Shown here piece by piece: positions 56,240-64,000 of a stretch of 64,000 nucleotides of DNA. Below the pieces are notes generated by a model, which saw only the letters and a list, made by a program, of their open reading frames with translations, was not told the origin of the DNA and ran no database searches. This DNA is from Alphaproteobacteria bacterium (lineage in GTDB: Bacteria; Pseudomonadota; Alphaproteobacteria; UBA828): positions 224,001 to 288,000 of the forward strand of contig CBDCRW010000003.1 of NCBI GenBank assembly GCA_965221125.1, in the 5' to 3' direction. The position numbers were made by a program, and so were the translations under genes. Every line of letters begins with the position of its first letter. Within the stretch, counting starts at the first letter, position 1.

Positions 56240-58629
56240 CCTTCGACACCGATGATGGTGTTTGTCTGTACCGGAACGCGGTCGGAATAGATCATCACGT
56301 AGTCGCCGGACTCGATGCCGCGGGCTGCGGCGTCGTCCGGGTGAAGCTCGATCCAGTTCTCGGGCCAGCGCTGCACGATATACGGGCGGCGGCGGTCGTC
56401 GTAGCCGGACTGCCAGCGCTCGTTGATACGCCCCGAGGTGACCCAGATCTCGTCCTCGCGCGGCTTCATCCACTCCCAGTAGCTGGAGAACAGGCTCCAC
56501 GGCGCCTTCTGCAGGTTGCACTTGCCGGTCTGCGTGTTGAAGTGCGTGAGCTTCTTGTTGAACACCGTGCCGCCGGCGGGGCCGTCCTCCGGGAGTACCC
56601 GGTTCACGTCGTGGAGGCGCTTGGTCTCCTCCAGCGTGCCGTCGGCGCGCATGAGCACCGGGCCCTGGATGCCGTTGGTCCCGAACTCGCGGAGCTTGTC
56701 GTGCAGCGTCTTGCCCTCGCGCTGGGCCGCCACCTTGACCATGAAGAAATCCTTGCGCGAGCCGCGGGAGAAGCGCGCGCCTTCCTCCAGCACCTCGTTG
56801 GAGTCCTTCCAGTCGAAGCCCTCGAAGCCCATCCTCCTGGCGAGTTGGGCAACGATCCACCAGTCGGGCTTCGCGTCGCCGGGCGCGTCGTAGAACTTGG
56901 GATAGAGACGGATGCGCCGCTCGCCGTTGGCGCGGGTGAAGGTCTCCTCGCCCCAGCCGGCCGCGGGGAAGATGATGTCGGCGTAGCGCGCGCCGATGGG
57001 GTCGACCAGGTAGATGTCCTGGTTCCACACCACCATGCCGCCAGAATCGACCCGCCGCTTCAACGTGTCGACGATGTCGGCGGGGTCGAAGCTCTGCACC
57101 TGGTGCGGGTTCTGCGTGGTCAGCTCGTCGAATTTCGCCTGCAGCGACTGCGAGCCGCACATCGCCTGCACCCAGGTCGTGCCGATAACGTGGGCGAGCC
57201 GCGTGTGGCCGCTCATCAGGTAGCGGTCGGTATCGAGCGCCCGGCGCCGGCGACCGGGCAGCTTCTCCGGGCTCTTGTTGCGAGGGTAGCCGCCGCCCCG
57301 CAAGCCCCCGCGCTGGTGCCCGCCGGCGCGGCCGATCACCTGGCCGGGGCGGCCGCCGCAGCCGCAGATGATGCCCAACGAGGAGATGGCGTTGGTGTTG
57401 CCGGTGTTGTTGGACCAGTAGAAGCCCTTCTCGATCATGATCGAGGTCTTGGGCCGGGACCCGTCGGCGCGCGGCTTCGCCATCCACTCGGCGGCGGTGT
57501 AGATCTTCTGGACGTCGATCTGGGCGATCTCGGCCGCCTTCTCCGGCACCGCGTAGTCCTGGGCCAGCAGCCACGCCTTCCAGTCCTCGAAGCCGTCGGT
57601 CTGGAACTTGCCCCAGGTGGTGCGCCACTGCCACGGGGTGTTACGGGTGCCCTGCCCGAAGCCGGACGAGCTCTCCCACTTGTTGTTGACCCAGTCGCGG
57701 ATCCACGCCGAGTCCTCCCACCCGTTCTCGACGATCACGCGGGCGATCGCGAGCACGACGGGCAGGTCGGTACCGGGCTGGATGTCGATCATCATCCCGC
57801 CGTTGGCCTCGGCGTAAGCCACGCCGCCGGTGCGGCGCGGCAGCAAAAAGATCGCGCGCTGCCCGTTCTGGATGCCGGGCATGATCCAGTCGGTGAACAG
57901 GATGGTCTTGGATTCGTAAGGGTCGGTGCCGCACATCAGCAGGACTTCGGCATCGCGCCAGTCCTCGTAGGACGGTCCGAAATTGTCGAAGCCCGCATCG
58001 CGGAAGCCGGGCGTGGACGTCACGTCCGAGGGCGTGTCGTGGAAGGTGAAGTTCGCCGTGCGCACGTTGCGGAGCGCGTACTTGGTGATGGCGTAGGTGT
58101 TCTCCATGTAGCCGTAAGAGAACGTCTTGACGCAGTAGGCGTTGGTGCCGTGCGCATCGAGCACGTGATTGCCCACCTCGGCCGCGATATCGAGCGCGAA
58201 GTCCCACGGCACCGGCATCAGAACGCCGAACATGCGCACCAGCGGCGAGCTCAGCCGGTCGCGCGTCGGCGTCTCCGGGTTGTAGACCTTCTGCGCGATG
58301 GCGCCGCCCCGGATCGAGGAGTTGCCGGAGTAGTTGACGAAGTCGGTGTCCTTGTCCGGGATGATGACGACGTGGTGGGGCTCGCCGTCGTGCAGCACGA
58401 TGTTGTGCTGATTGGGCGCGACCCAGGCGCCCAGAGGCTCGACCGGGAAGTCGGCGTCCAGCGCGTTCTGATCGGCGGTCGGCCCGCCCGTCTTGCCGCC
58501 CCGCACCGGCCAGCGGTAGACCTTGTAGCCGCAGGCGACGATGCAATAGTCGCAGGCGGTCGAGATGACCTCCGCGTCCGGCGGCGGCAGCGGCACGCTC
58601 TCTTCGGGGACGTAGTAGGGAGTGGACAT
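56240..58629 (-). pseudogene. idrA: 5' part of an IdrA/AioA-like molybdopterin oxidoreductase large subunit, interrupted by the transposon
   Basis: PLPPPDAEVISTACDYCIVACGY ([3Fe-4S]-type motif), NSSIRGG, GGHQ, NGERRIRL, SGRINE, IELHPDDA. Twin peroxidase neighbours favour IdrA over AioA. Confidence 0.8.
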
Positions 58630-58641
58630 GCCTCTGCCTCC

Positions 58642-59226
58642 TCAGCCCTGAAGATTGTCGAAGCGGCCGTAGATCAGGCCGAACATGCCGGTGGCGTAGA
58701 TGTCGTCGCCCTCCAGTTCCAGCAGCACTTGCGGCAGCGACTGGTAGGCCTGACCCGAGATGAAGATGCCGTGGCGCACCAGGTCGAAGGTCGTCAGGTG
58801 CAGCGGGCAAGGGCCGAGCGCCTTGTCCTGCGGCTTGTAGGTGCCGTAGAGCGGCCCACCCTGGTGCGTGCAAGTGTAGTTGAAGGCCACCACGTCCCGC
58901 TCGGGCCCGATGCCGCCGCCCGCCTCGGTCCCGAGCTTCACCAGCATCGAGTCCGAGTACTCGCCCCCGTCGGGATAGGTGAAGTCCACCGGCTCGTCGA
59001 CGATCAGCGATGAGAGCCTGGCGATGAATTTCTTCGGATACGTGGACACCACGGCCGGCGTCTCCGCCTGCGCGAGGCCGGGAACGCCGACCATGACCAC
59101 GGCGGTGGTGAGCCCGCCCAGCAGCAGGAAGCTGCGCCGGGTCATCAGGCAGGGCGTGCCGCCGGTCTCCTCGGGGCCGCCGCCGGGGCCGTTCACGGCT
59201 GCAGCGATGCGACTGTCGATCGTCAT
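58642..59226 (-). CDS. idrB: Rieske small subunit with Tat signal (IdrB/AioB-like)
   Basis: TRRSFL Tat motif; GGGIGPERDVVAF, CTHQG and CPLH ligands. Confidence 0.82.
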   Translation of the reverse strand: MTIDSRIAAAVNGPGGGPEETGGTPCLMTRRSFLLLGGLTTAVVMVGVPGLAQAETPAVVSTYPKKFIARLSSLIVDEPVDFTYPDGGEYSDSMLVKLGTEAGGGIGPERDVVAFNYTCTHQGGPLYGTYKPQDKALGPCPLHLTTFDLVRHGIFISGQAYQSLPQVLLELEGDDIYATGMFGLIYGRFDNLQG

Positions 59227-59238
59227 GACGCAGGCCTC

Positions 59239-60423
59239 TCAGTCTTGCGCGGCGAGCGGGAGCGGCTCCATCTCGGGCAGCTCCGGCTCTTCCATCAGGA
59301 TTTCCTCCCCCGAGAGGCTCTCGAGGAAGGCCACCAGGTCGTCCATCTCGGCTTCCGAGAGGCCGAGCGGCTGGATCAGGGAGGTCTTTGTTTCTGCGAA
59401 CTCGTTCTCGCCGCCGCCGGCGTTGTAGAACGCGACCACGTCCTCCAGCGTCTCCAGCATGCCGTTGTGCATGTAGGGCGCGGTGTACCTGGTGTAGCGC
59501 AGGCTTGGCGTGCGGAACTTGCCCAGATGCGCCTTCTCCTTGGTGCGGAAGTAGAGGCCGGGGTCGTCCTTGGTGGCACGGTAGAAGGCCTCGGTCGAGC
59601 CCTTGGCGTAGAGCTCGAAGCGGAAGGTGATCTGCGCGTACTCGTCGTCCTCCCAGCCGTCGTAGGGTGGCACGCCGAGGTTGTAGTACTGCTCGTCCGT
59701 GAGCAACGGCCCGTTGTGGCAGGTCGTACAGTTCGCCTTGCCGTCGAAGAGCGCGAGCCCGCGCTTCTGTGCGGCGCTCAGCGCGTTGTCGTCGCCCCGC
59801 ATGTAGCGGTCGAACGGCGTGTCGGTCTGCACCAGCGTGCGCTCGAACGCCGCGATCGCCATGTAGGCGTGGCGGATGTTGGGCCAGTCGTCGCCGAACA
59901 CGCTACGGAAGCGCGCGCGGTATTCCGGCACGAAGGCGAGCCGCGCCTCCATCATGTCGTCCTCGCCGTTGCCGGCGACGGCGCCGCGCGCGGCCGAGCG
60001 CGCCTGCGCCTCCAGGGACCTGGATGCGCCGGCCCAGAAGAGCTTCCCGTAGTAGGCGGAGTTGATGATGGTCTGGCTGTTGCGCCAGTGAATGCTGCCG
60101 GGATAGCCGATGCTGACCGCTGCGGGAACTGACCAGCCGTCCTCCGGCAGATGACAGGCCACGCACGGCATGGAGGCGTTGCCGGAGAGGATCGGGTCGA
60201 AGAACAGCATCTTGCCGAGCTCGACCTTCTCTGCCGACATGGGGTTGTCCGCCGGGATCGGCGGCGGCCCGAGCGGCGCAAGGCTTTCGGGTCGCAGGTC
60301 GCCCGCCACCGCGGGCGCGGCGAAAAGGACCGCCGCCGCGGGCGCGGCGAAGAGAGCCGCCGTCGCGGGCGCGGCGAGCAGGGCTGCGGTGGCGACGGCA
60401 AGCAGGGTGCGGGGCAGGGTCAC
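59239..60423 (-). CDS. Diheme cytochrome c peroxidase-like protein (IdrP-like)
   Basis: LGKMLFFDP, CVACH, CTTCH, FRTPSLR and APYMHNG motifs; GTG start inferred. Confidence 0.88.
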   Translation of the reverse strand: MTLPRTLLAVATAALLAAPATAALFAAPAAAVLFAAPAVAGDLRPESLAPLGPPPIPADNPMSAEKVELGKMLFFDPILSGNASMPCVACHLPEDGWSVPAAVSIGYPGSIHWRNSQTIINSAYYGKLFWAGASRSLEAQARSAARGAVAGNGEDDMMEARLAFVPEYRARFRSVFGDDWPNIRHAYMAIAAFERTLVQTDTPFDRYMRGDDNALSAAQKRGLALFDGKANCTTCHNGPLLTDEQYYNLGVPPYDGWEDDEYAQITFRFELYAKGSTEAFYRATKDDPGLYFRTKEKAHLGKFRTPSLRYTRYTAPYMHNGMLETLEDVVAFYNAGGGENEFAETKTSLIQPLGLSEAEMDDLVAFLESLSGEEILMEEPELPEMEPLPLAAQD

Positions 60424-60434
60424 GGCGGCTTCCC

Positions 60435-61523
60435 CTAGTTCGGCTCGTTGCGCCAGTTCTCGATCGGCGCGTAGTCGTAGTCGTCCGCGCGCCACGCGTA
60501 TTCGTCGGTGTCGAAGGTCTCGCCGCTCAGCGCCTCGAGGAAGGCGATGAGGTCGGCCTTCTCGCTCGGCACCAGCCCGAGCGGCTTGAGCTGCGGGTCC
60601 TTCAGCGGGTCGTCTCCGCCGCCGGCATCGTAGAAGTCCACGACCTCGTCGAGGGTCTCGAACACCCCGTTGTGCATGTAGGGCGCGGTCCACGCGAGCT
60701 CGCGGAGCGTCGGCGTGAGGAAGCTGCGCTTGTCCTCGTCCCGGTGCGCACGCACGTAGGCGCCGAGGTCCTCGCGCAGGTTCATGTAGTTCTCGATGCC
60801 CATGAACTTGGCGAAGGTCACGAAGGTCGAGTGCCGTTCGGGATCGGCCCAGATTTCGGGGTTGTCGGGCACGCCGGTGTTGTGCGGGCGGTCGTCGGTG
60901 AAGCGGGCGCCCGTGTGGCAGCGTACGCAGCCGGCGCGGCCCTCGAAGAGCAGCGCACCGCGCCGCGCCGGCGACGACATGGTGCCGCTGTCCGCGGCAG
61001 CGCCGCGCGAGACGATGGTGCCGACGAAGGCGGCGATCGCCTTGCGGGCGCCGCCGTTGGAGGGCTCGCCCAGGCCGGCGGCGCCGAACATTGCGACGTA
61101 GACAGGGTCCTGCTTCAGGCGCTCCTGCATCAGCCGCATGTCCATGTTCATGAGGTACGTCTCGGTGATCATCTCGCGCGTGACGTCGTTGAGGTTCGTG
61201 CCGAGACGGCCGTCGTGCATCCAGGCGGCACGGTGGCCGGCATTGGCGAGCGTCGGCGTGTTGCGGAAATGACCGGCGCCCGTGTAGGCGGCGGACAGCG
61301 CCTCGCCGTCGGTGAACGCGCGCTCCGGCTGGTGGCAGCTCGCGCAGGCGAGCGAGGTGTCGCCGGAGAGGCGCTCGTCATAGAAGAGGCGCTTGCCCAG
61401 CTCGGCGAGTGCGGGGGGCGCCTCCTTCGGCGCGATGGCTCCACCCGTATCGGCCAACGCCGGGCCGCCGGTGACGATCAGCCCGAGCATGCCGGCGACG
61501 ATCAGCCCGAATATCCGTGTCAT
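60435..61523 (-). CDS. Diheme cytochrome c peroxidase-like protein (IdrP-like)
   Basis: Signal peptide, LGKRLFYD, CASCH, CVRCH, TPTLR and APYMHNG motifs. Confidence 0.88.
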   Translation of the reverse strand: MTRIFGLIVAGMLGLIVTGGPALADTGGAIAPKEAPPALAELGKRLFYDERLSGDTSLACASCHQPERAFTDGEALSAAYTGAGHFRNTPTLANAGHRAAWMHDGRLGTNLNDVTREMITETYLMNMDMRLMQERLKQDPVYVAMFGAAGLGEPSNGGARKAIAAFVGTIVSRGAAADSGTMSSPARRGALLFEGRAGCVRCHTGARFTDDRPHNTGVPDNPEIWADPERHSTFVTFAKFMGIENYMNLREDLGAYVRAHRDEDKRSFLTPTLRELAWTAPYMHNGVFETLDEVVDFYDAGGGDDPLKDPQLKPLGLVPSEKADLIAFLEALSGETFDTDEYAWRADDYDYAPIENWRNEPN

Positions 61524-61706
61524 CGACCCCCTCGCTGCAATCCGAGCCTCACAGTCGCGGCCCGCCGTGCCGATCCACCAGTCCCATCGTGCGCATCTCG
61601 ATCACGAAACGCGCTTCCCCACCACGCACGACCGATATCAAATGTTAGCGTCATCCCAACCGTGGTTGCGTTGAACAAGTGTTGCACGCGACGGGCGGCA
61701 GGCAGC

Positions 61707-61720
61707 TTGACCCATGTCAA
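61707..61720. promoter_or_regulatory. FNR/CRP-family box TTGAC-CCAT-GTCAA upstream of the idr-like operon
   Basis: Perfect 5-4-5 palindrome close to the FNR consensus TTGAT-N4-ATCAA, about 185 bp upstream of the first gene. Confidence 0.7.
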
Positions 61721-61850
61721 AGGATGAGTGGCAGGGAGCAGCCCCGCTCATCTGGCCCCGATCTGGGGGGCCGCGGGCTCTGGGGGGGTTGGAGCGGCCC
61801 GGAGTTTTATTAGCGGTGGATACTGGGTGGTTATTTTCCTCGGGCTGGCG

Positions 61851-62567
61851 TCAGGCCGCCGCCGCGCCCTGCCCTTCGCCCAGCAGGCGGATAATCTCCG
61901 CCGTGGGCTTCACGTGACAGAAGTTGCCGTCGAGGTACTCGACCGCGTTGGCGTGGCCGCTCGGCGACATGGTGGCACAGGAATCCTCGGGCATCAGGCA
62001 GCGGAAATCGAGGTCGCCCGCGAGCCGGATCGTCCCTTCGACGCAGCTGTTGGTGAAGATGCCGCTCACCACGATGGTGGTGATCCCCTTCACGCGCAGC
62101 AGATGCTCGCAGTTGGTGGAGGGGAAGACCGCCGAGCCGCTCTTGGTCAGCATGATGTCGCCGTCCTCGGGCGCGAGCGGCGCGAGGATTTGCGCGTCCT
62201 TCGAATCGACGGTGGTCACCACGCCGAAATGGCGGTGGCGCCAGGTCTGGTCCGAGCCGTCGCCCACCAGCGAGGCGCAGCGCGTGTAGATCACCGGCGT
62301 GCCCGCGCTGCGGCAGGCCGCGATGAGCTTCACGAGATTGGGCACCACCACGCGGTCGATCCGGTCGAGGTAGTAGGAGAGGTCGTCCTCGAGGCCCGCC
62401 TCGATGATCCGCTTGCAGAGGCCGTAGTCGCGGTGGGCCTGCTGGTAGGTCATGTCGATCACGATGAGCGCGGTCTTGTCCGCCTCGACCGGGAACTCGG
62501 GGATGCGCGCGAAGCTCCACCAGGCGCTCCATCCCTCCTTGACGTTGCTCCTATCGCTCTCGCCCAT
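61851..62567 (-). CDS. Isochorismatase-family cysteine hydrolase
   Basis: TALIVID, TKSGSAVF and TNSCVEGT (Asp-Lys-Cys triad). Confidence 0.9.
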   Translation of the reverse strand: MGESDRSNVKEGWSAWWSFARIPEFPVEADKTALIVIDMTYQQAHRDYGLCKRIIEAGLEDDLSYYLDRIDRVVVPNLVKLIAACRSAGTPVIYTRCASLVGDGSDQTWRHRHFGVVTTVDSKDAQILAPLAPEDGDIMLTKSGSAVFPSTNCEHLLRVKGITTIVVSGIFTNSCVEGTIRLAGDLDFRCLMPEDSCATMSPSGHANAVEYLDGNFCHVKPTAEIIRLLGEGQGAAAA

Positions 62568-62661
62568 CGCGCACCTCACCTGCCGGCCGACGAATTCCAC
62601 ACCGGCACCATAGCGCGCCGGCCGCGCTCGCGCAGCCGCGCCGGCATCCGGGCAGCAGCGC

Positions 62662-63084
62662 TCAATCGCTGACCCAGGGATCAGCGATCTCGATACCCAT
62701 GCCTGCAAAATCCCGCACATTGCGCGTGGCTAGTGCCAGGCCATGCACATGAGCGATCGCCGCGATCTGGCAATCGGCCTGCGACACCGGCCGGCCGGCG
62801 CTGCGGCGGGCGGCGGCAATCTCGGCGTAGGCCCGCGCCGCCGCGCTATCGAACGGCAGCACCCGGCCCGCGAAGTCTTCGCGCACCAGGCCGTCGACCG
62901 CGGCTGCGAGTGTCTCTCGCCGCCGCCCTGCCGGCATGATCGCCACGCCGTAGCGAAGCTCCGCTTCGCCGATGCTCGAAAAATACAGGTGCATCGCCCG
63001 GTGCTTGACCACCCAGGCTTCGACGCAGGGCTCGGGCGCCGGTCGCATCAGTTCCGAAACGACATTCGTGTCCAGGACGTACAT
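62662..63084 (-). CDS. vapC: PIN-domain toxin (VapC/FitB-like)
   Basis: VLDTNVVSELMR, DCQIAAIA and LATRNVRDF motifs. Confidence 0.92.
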   Translation of the reverse strand: MYVLDTNVVSELMRPAPEPCVEAWVVKHRAMHLYFSSIGEAELRYGVAIMPAGRRRETLAAAVDGLVREDFAGRVLPFDSAAARAYAEIAAARRSAGRPVSQADCQIAAIAHVHGLALATRNVRDFAGMGIEIADPWVSD

Positions 63085-63093
63085 GGACAGCCG

Positions 63094-63336
63094 TCAGTCG
63101 AATTTCGGGGGGGCCCGCGCCGGCTCGCGCGGCGGAAGCTCCAGCTCGACCCCGCCGAAAGGAGCAAAACGCGCGCGAATGGCGGCGGCGAGGTTGTCCG
63201 GCCCGGCGCCGGACGCGACCGCCTCCCGCAAGATGACCCGCGCCTCCTCTTCCATCGAGCGGCCGTTCTCGGCTGCACGCAGACGCAGCCGCGTCTTCAC
63301 GCCGTCGTCGAGCCTGCGGATCGTGATGCTCGCCAT
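63094..63336 (-). CDS. FitA-like RHH antitoxin
   Basis: MASITIRRLDDGVKTRLRLRAAENGRSMEEEAR. Confidence 0.9.
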   Translation of the reverse strand: MASITIRRLDDGVKTRLRLRAAENGRSMEEEARVILREAVASGAGPDNLAAAIRARFAPFGGVELELPPREPARAPPKFD

Positions 63337-63378
63337 TGCGCCAGTTCCATCCCGTCAACCCGTGTGCAGCCTACGCAA

Positions 63379-63395
63379 TGATTGCAATGCAATCA
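63379..63395. promoter_or_regulatory. Putative TA operator TGATTGCA-A-TGCAATCA
   Basis: Perfect 8-bp inverted repeat about 40 bp upstream of the antitoxin start. Confidence 0.6.
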
Positions 63396-63569
63396 ACTGT
63401 GTGGCGCAAGCGGACGCCCTCGGCATATCCCCTTCCCCCAATTCGTCCCGGTTCGTGTCATAGTGACCGCGTGCCGGCGCCCGCGGCGCCGGGCGCATCG
63501 TCACCCTCCCCCGGCCATCGTTCGCTGGCCGGCCTTCCCGACACCATCGCCCCACAAGAGCCGCCATCG

Positions 63570-64000
63570 ATGATCCTGCCGCGCCGGTTGACCGAGCTAC
63601 TGGGCGATCGCCGCTTCCTGCGGCTCTGGCTCATCGGCCTCTTCAGCATGGGCTCGCGCTGGCTGGAGATGCTGGTGGTCGGCATCTTCGCCGTGAAGAC
63701 GACGGGCTCGCCGGTACTGGTCGCGCTGCTCGTCATCCTGCGCATGCTGCCGCTCGCCGTGTTCGGCTCCATCGTCGGCACCTTCGCCGACCGCCTGGCC
63801 CCGCGCTTCATGCTCTCTTCCTCGCTCCTCGTTGCGACGATGGTCTCGCTCGCCGTCCTCGCTCTCGCCCTCTCCGGCGTCGCGGCCTATTGGCACGTGG
63901 CGCTCGGGACCTTCCTCTCGGGCGTCGTCTGGACCACGGACATGCCGGTCCGGCGGCGGCTGATCGGCGACGTCGCCGGAACCGCGCGCATCGCCTCCGC
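63570..64000 (+). CDS. MFS transporter (runs off the window)
   Basis: Manual translation MILPRRLTELLGDRRFLRLWLIGLFSMGSRWLEML...GTFADRLAPR (MFS motif A). Confidence 0.8.
   Translation, partial: MILPRRLTELLGDRRFLRLWLIGLFSMGSRWLEMLVVGIFAVKTTGSPVLVALLVILRMLPLAVFGSIVGTFADRLAPRFMLSSSLLVATMVSLAVLALALSGVAAYWHVALGTFLSGVVWTTDMPVRRRLIGDVAGTARIAS

Noticed and set aside
56240-59226. Canonical arsenite oxidase aioBA
   Set aside because: CDYC rather than the CHFC motif I recall for AioA, twin peroxidase genes upstream, and no aioXSR or ars genes nearby. Not fully excluded without a phylogeny.
1-64000. tRNA or rRNA genes
   Set aside because: No cloverleaf or rRNA signature recognised by eye; tRNAscan-SE and Infernal would confirm.

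Overview
High-GC bacterial DNA. The gene content (a SupA-type iterative PKS, Alphaproteobacteria-like catabolic genes and palindromic repeats) suggests an alphaproteobacterium, plausibly a marine sponge symbiont; that assignment is inference. 1-36.7 kb is a dense catabolic region: acyl-CoA enzymes, an apionate-lactonase-like sugar-acid cluster, a divergent gcvPA/PB pair with an ATP-NAD-kinase-like gene, a cupin dioxygenase/FHMPC-dehydrogenase-like/LVIVD operon, hydantoinase AB with a sugar-type ABC transporter, a frameshifted IlvD/Edd dehydratase and trehalose genes. 37-48.7 kb is a sup-like PKS locus. 49-61.7 kb is an iodate-reductase-like operon (two diheme cytochrome c peroxidases, a Rieske subunit, an AioA-related molybdoenzyme and a HEAT-repeat protein) with an FNR-like box upstream. 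Its catalytic gene is cleanly split by a 4,621-bp transposon (51619-56239) with TGTTGTTT terminal inverted repeats and a CCTT target duplication. The transposon encodes a Zn-ribbon-like protein, a Mu/TnsB-like DDE transposase, an ExeA/TnsC-like ATPase and a RepA-like helicase, and carries origin-like inverted repeats and GNA-triloop hairpins. This element is the best candidate for an undescribed system. No rRNA, tRNA or CRISPR array was seen. All family calls come from motif recognition by eye, not database searches.
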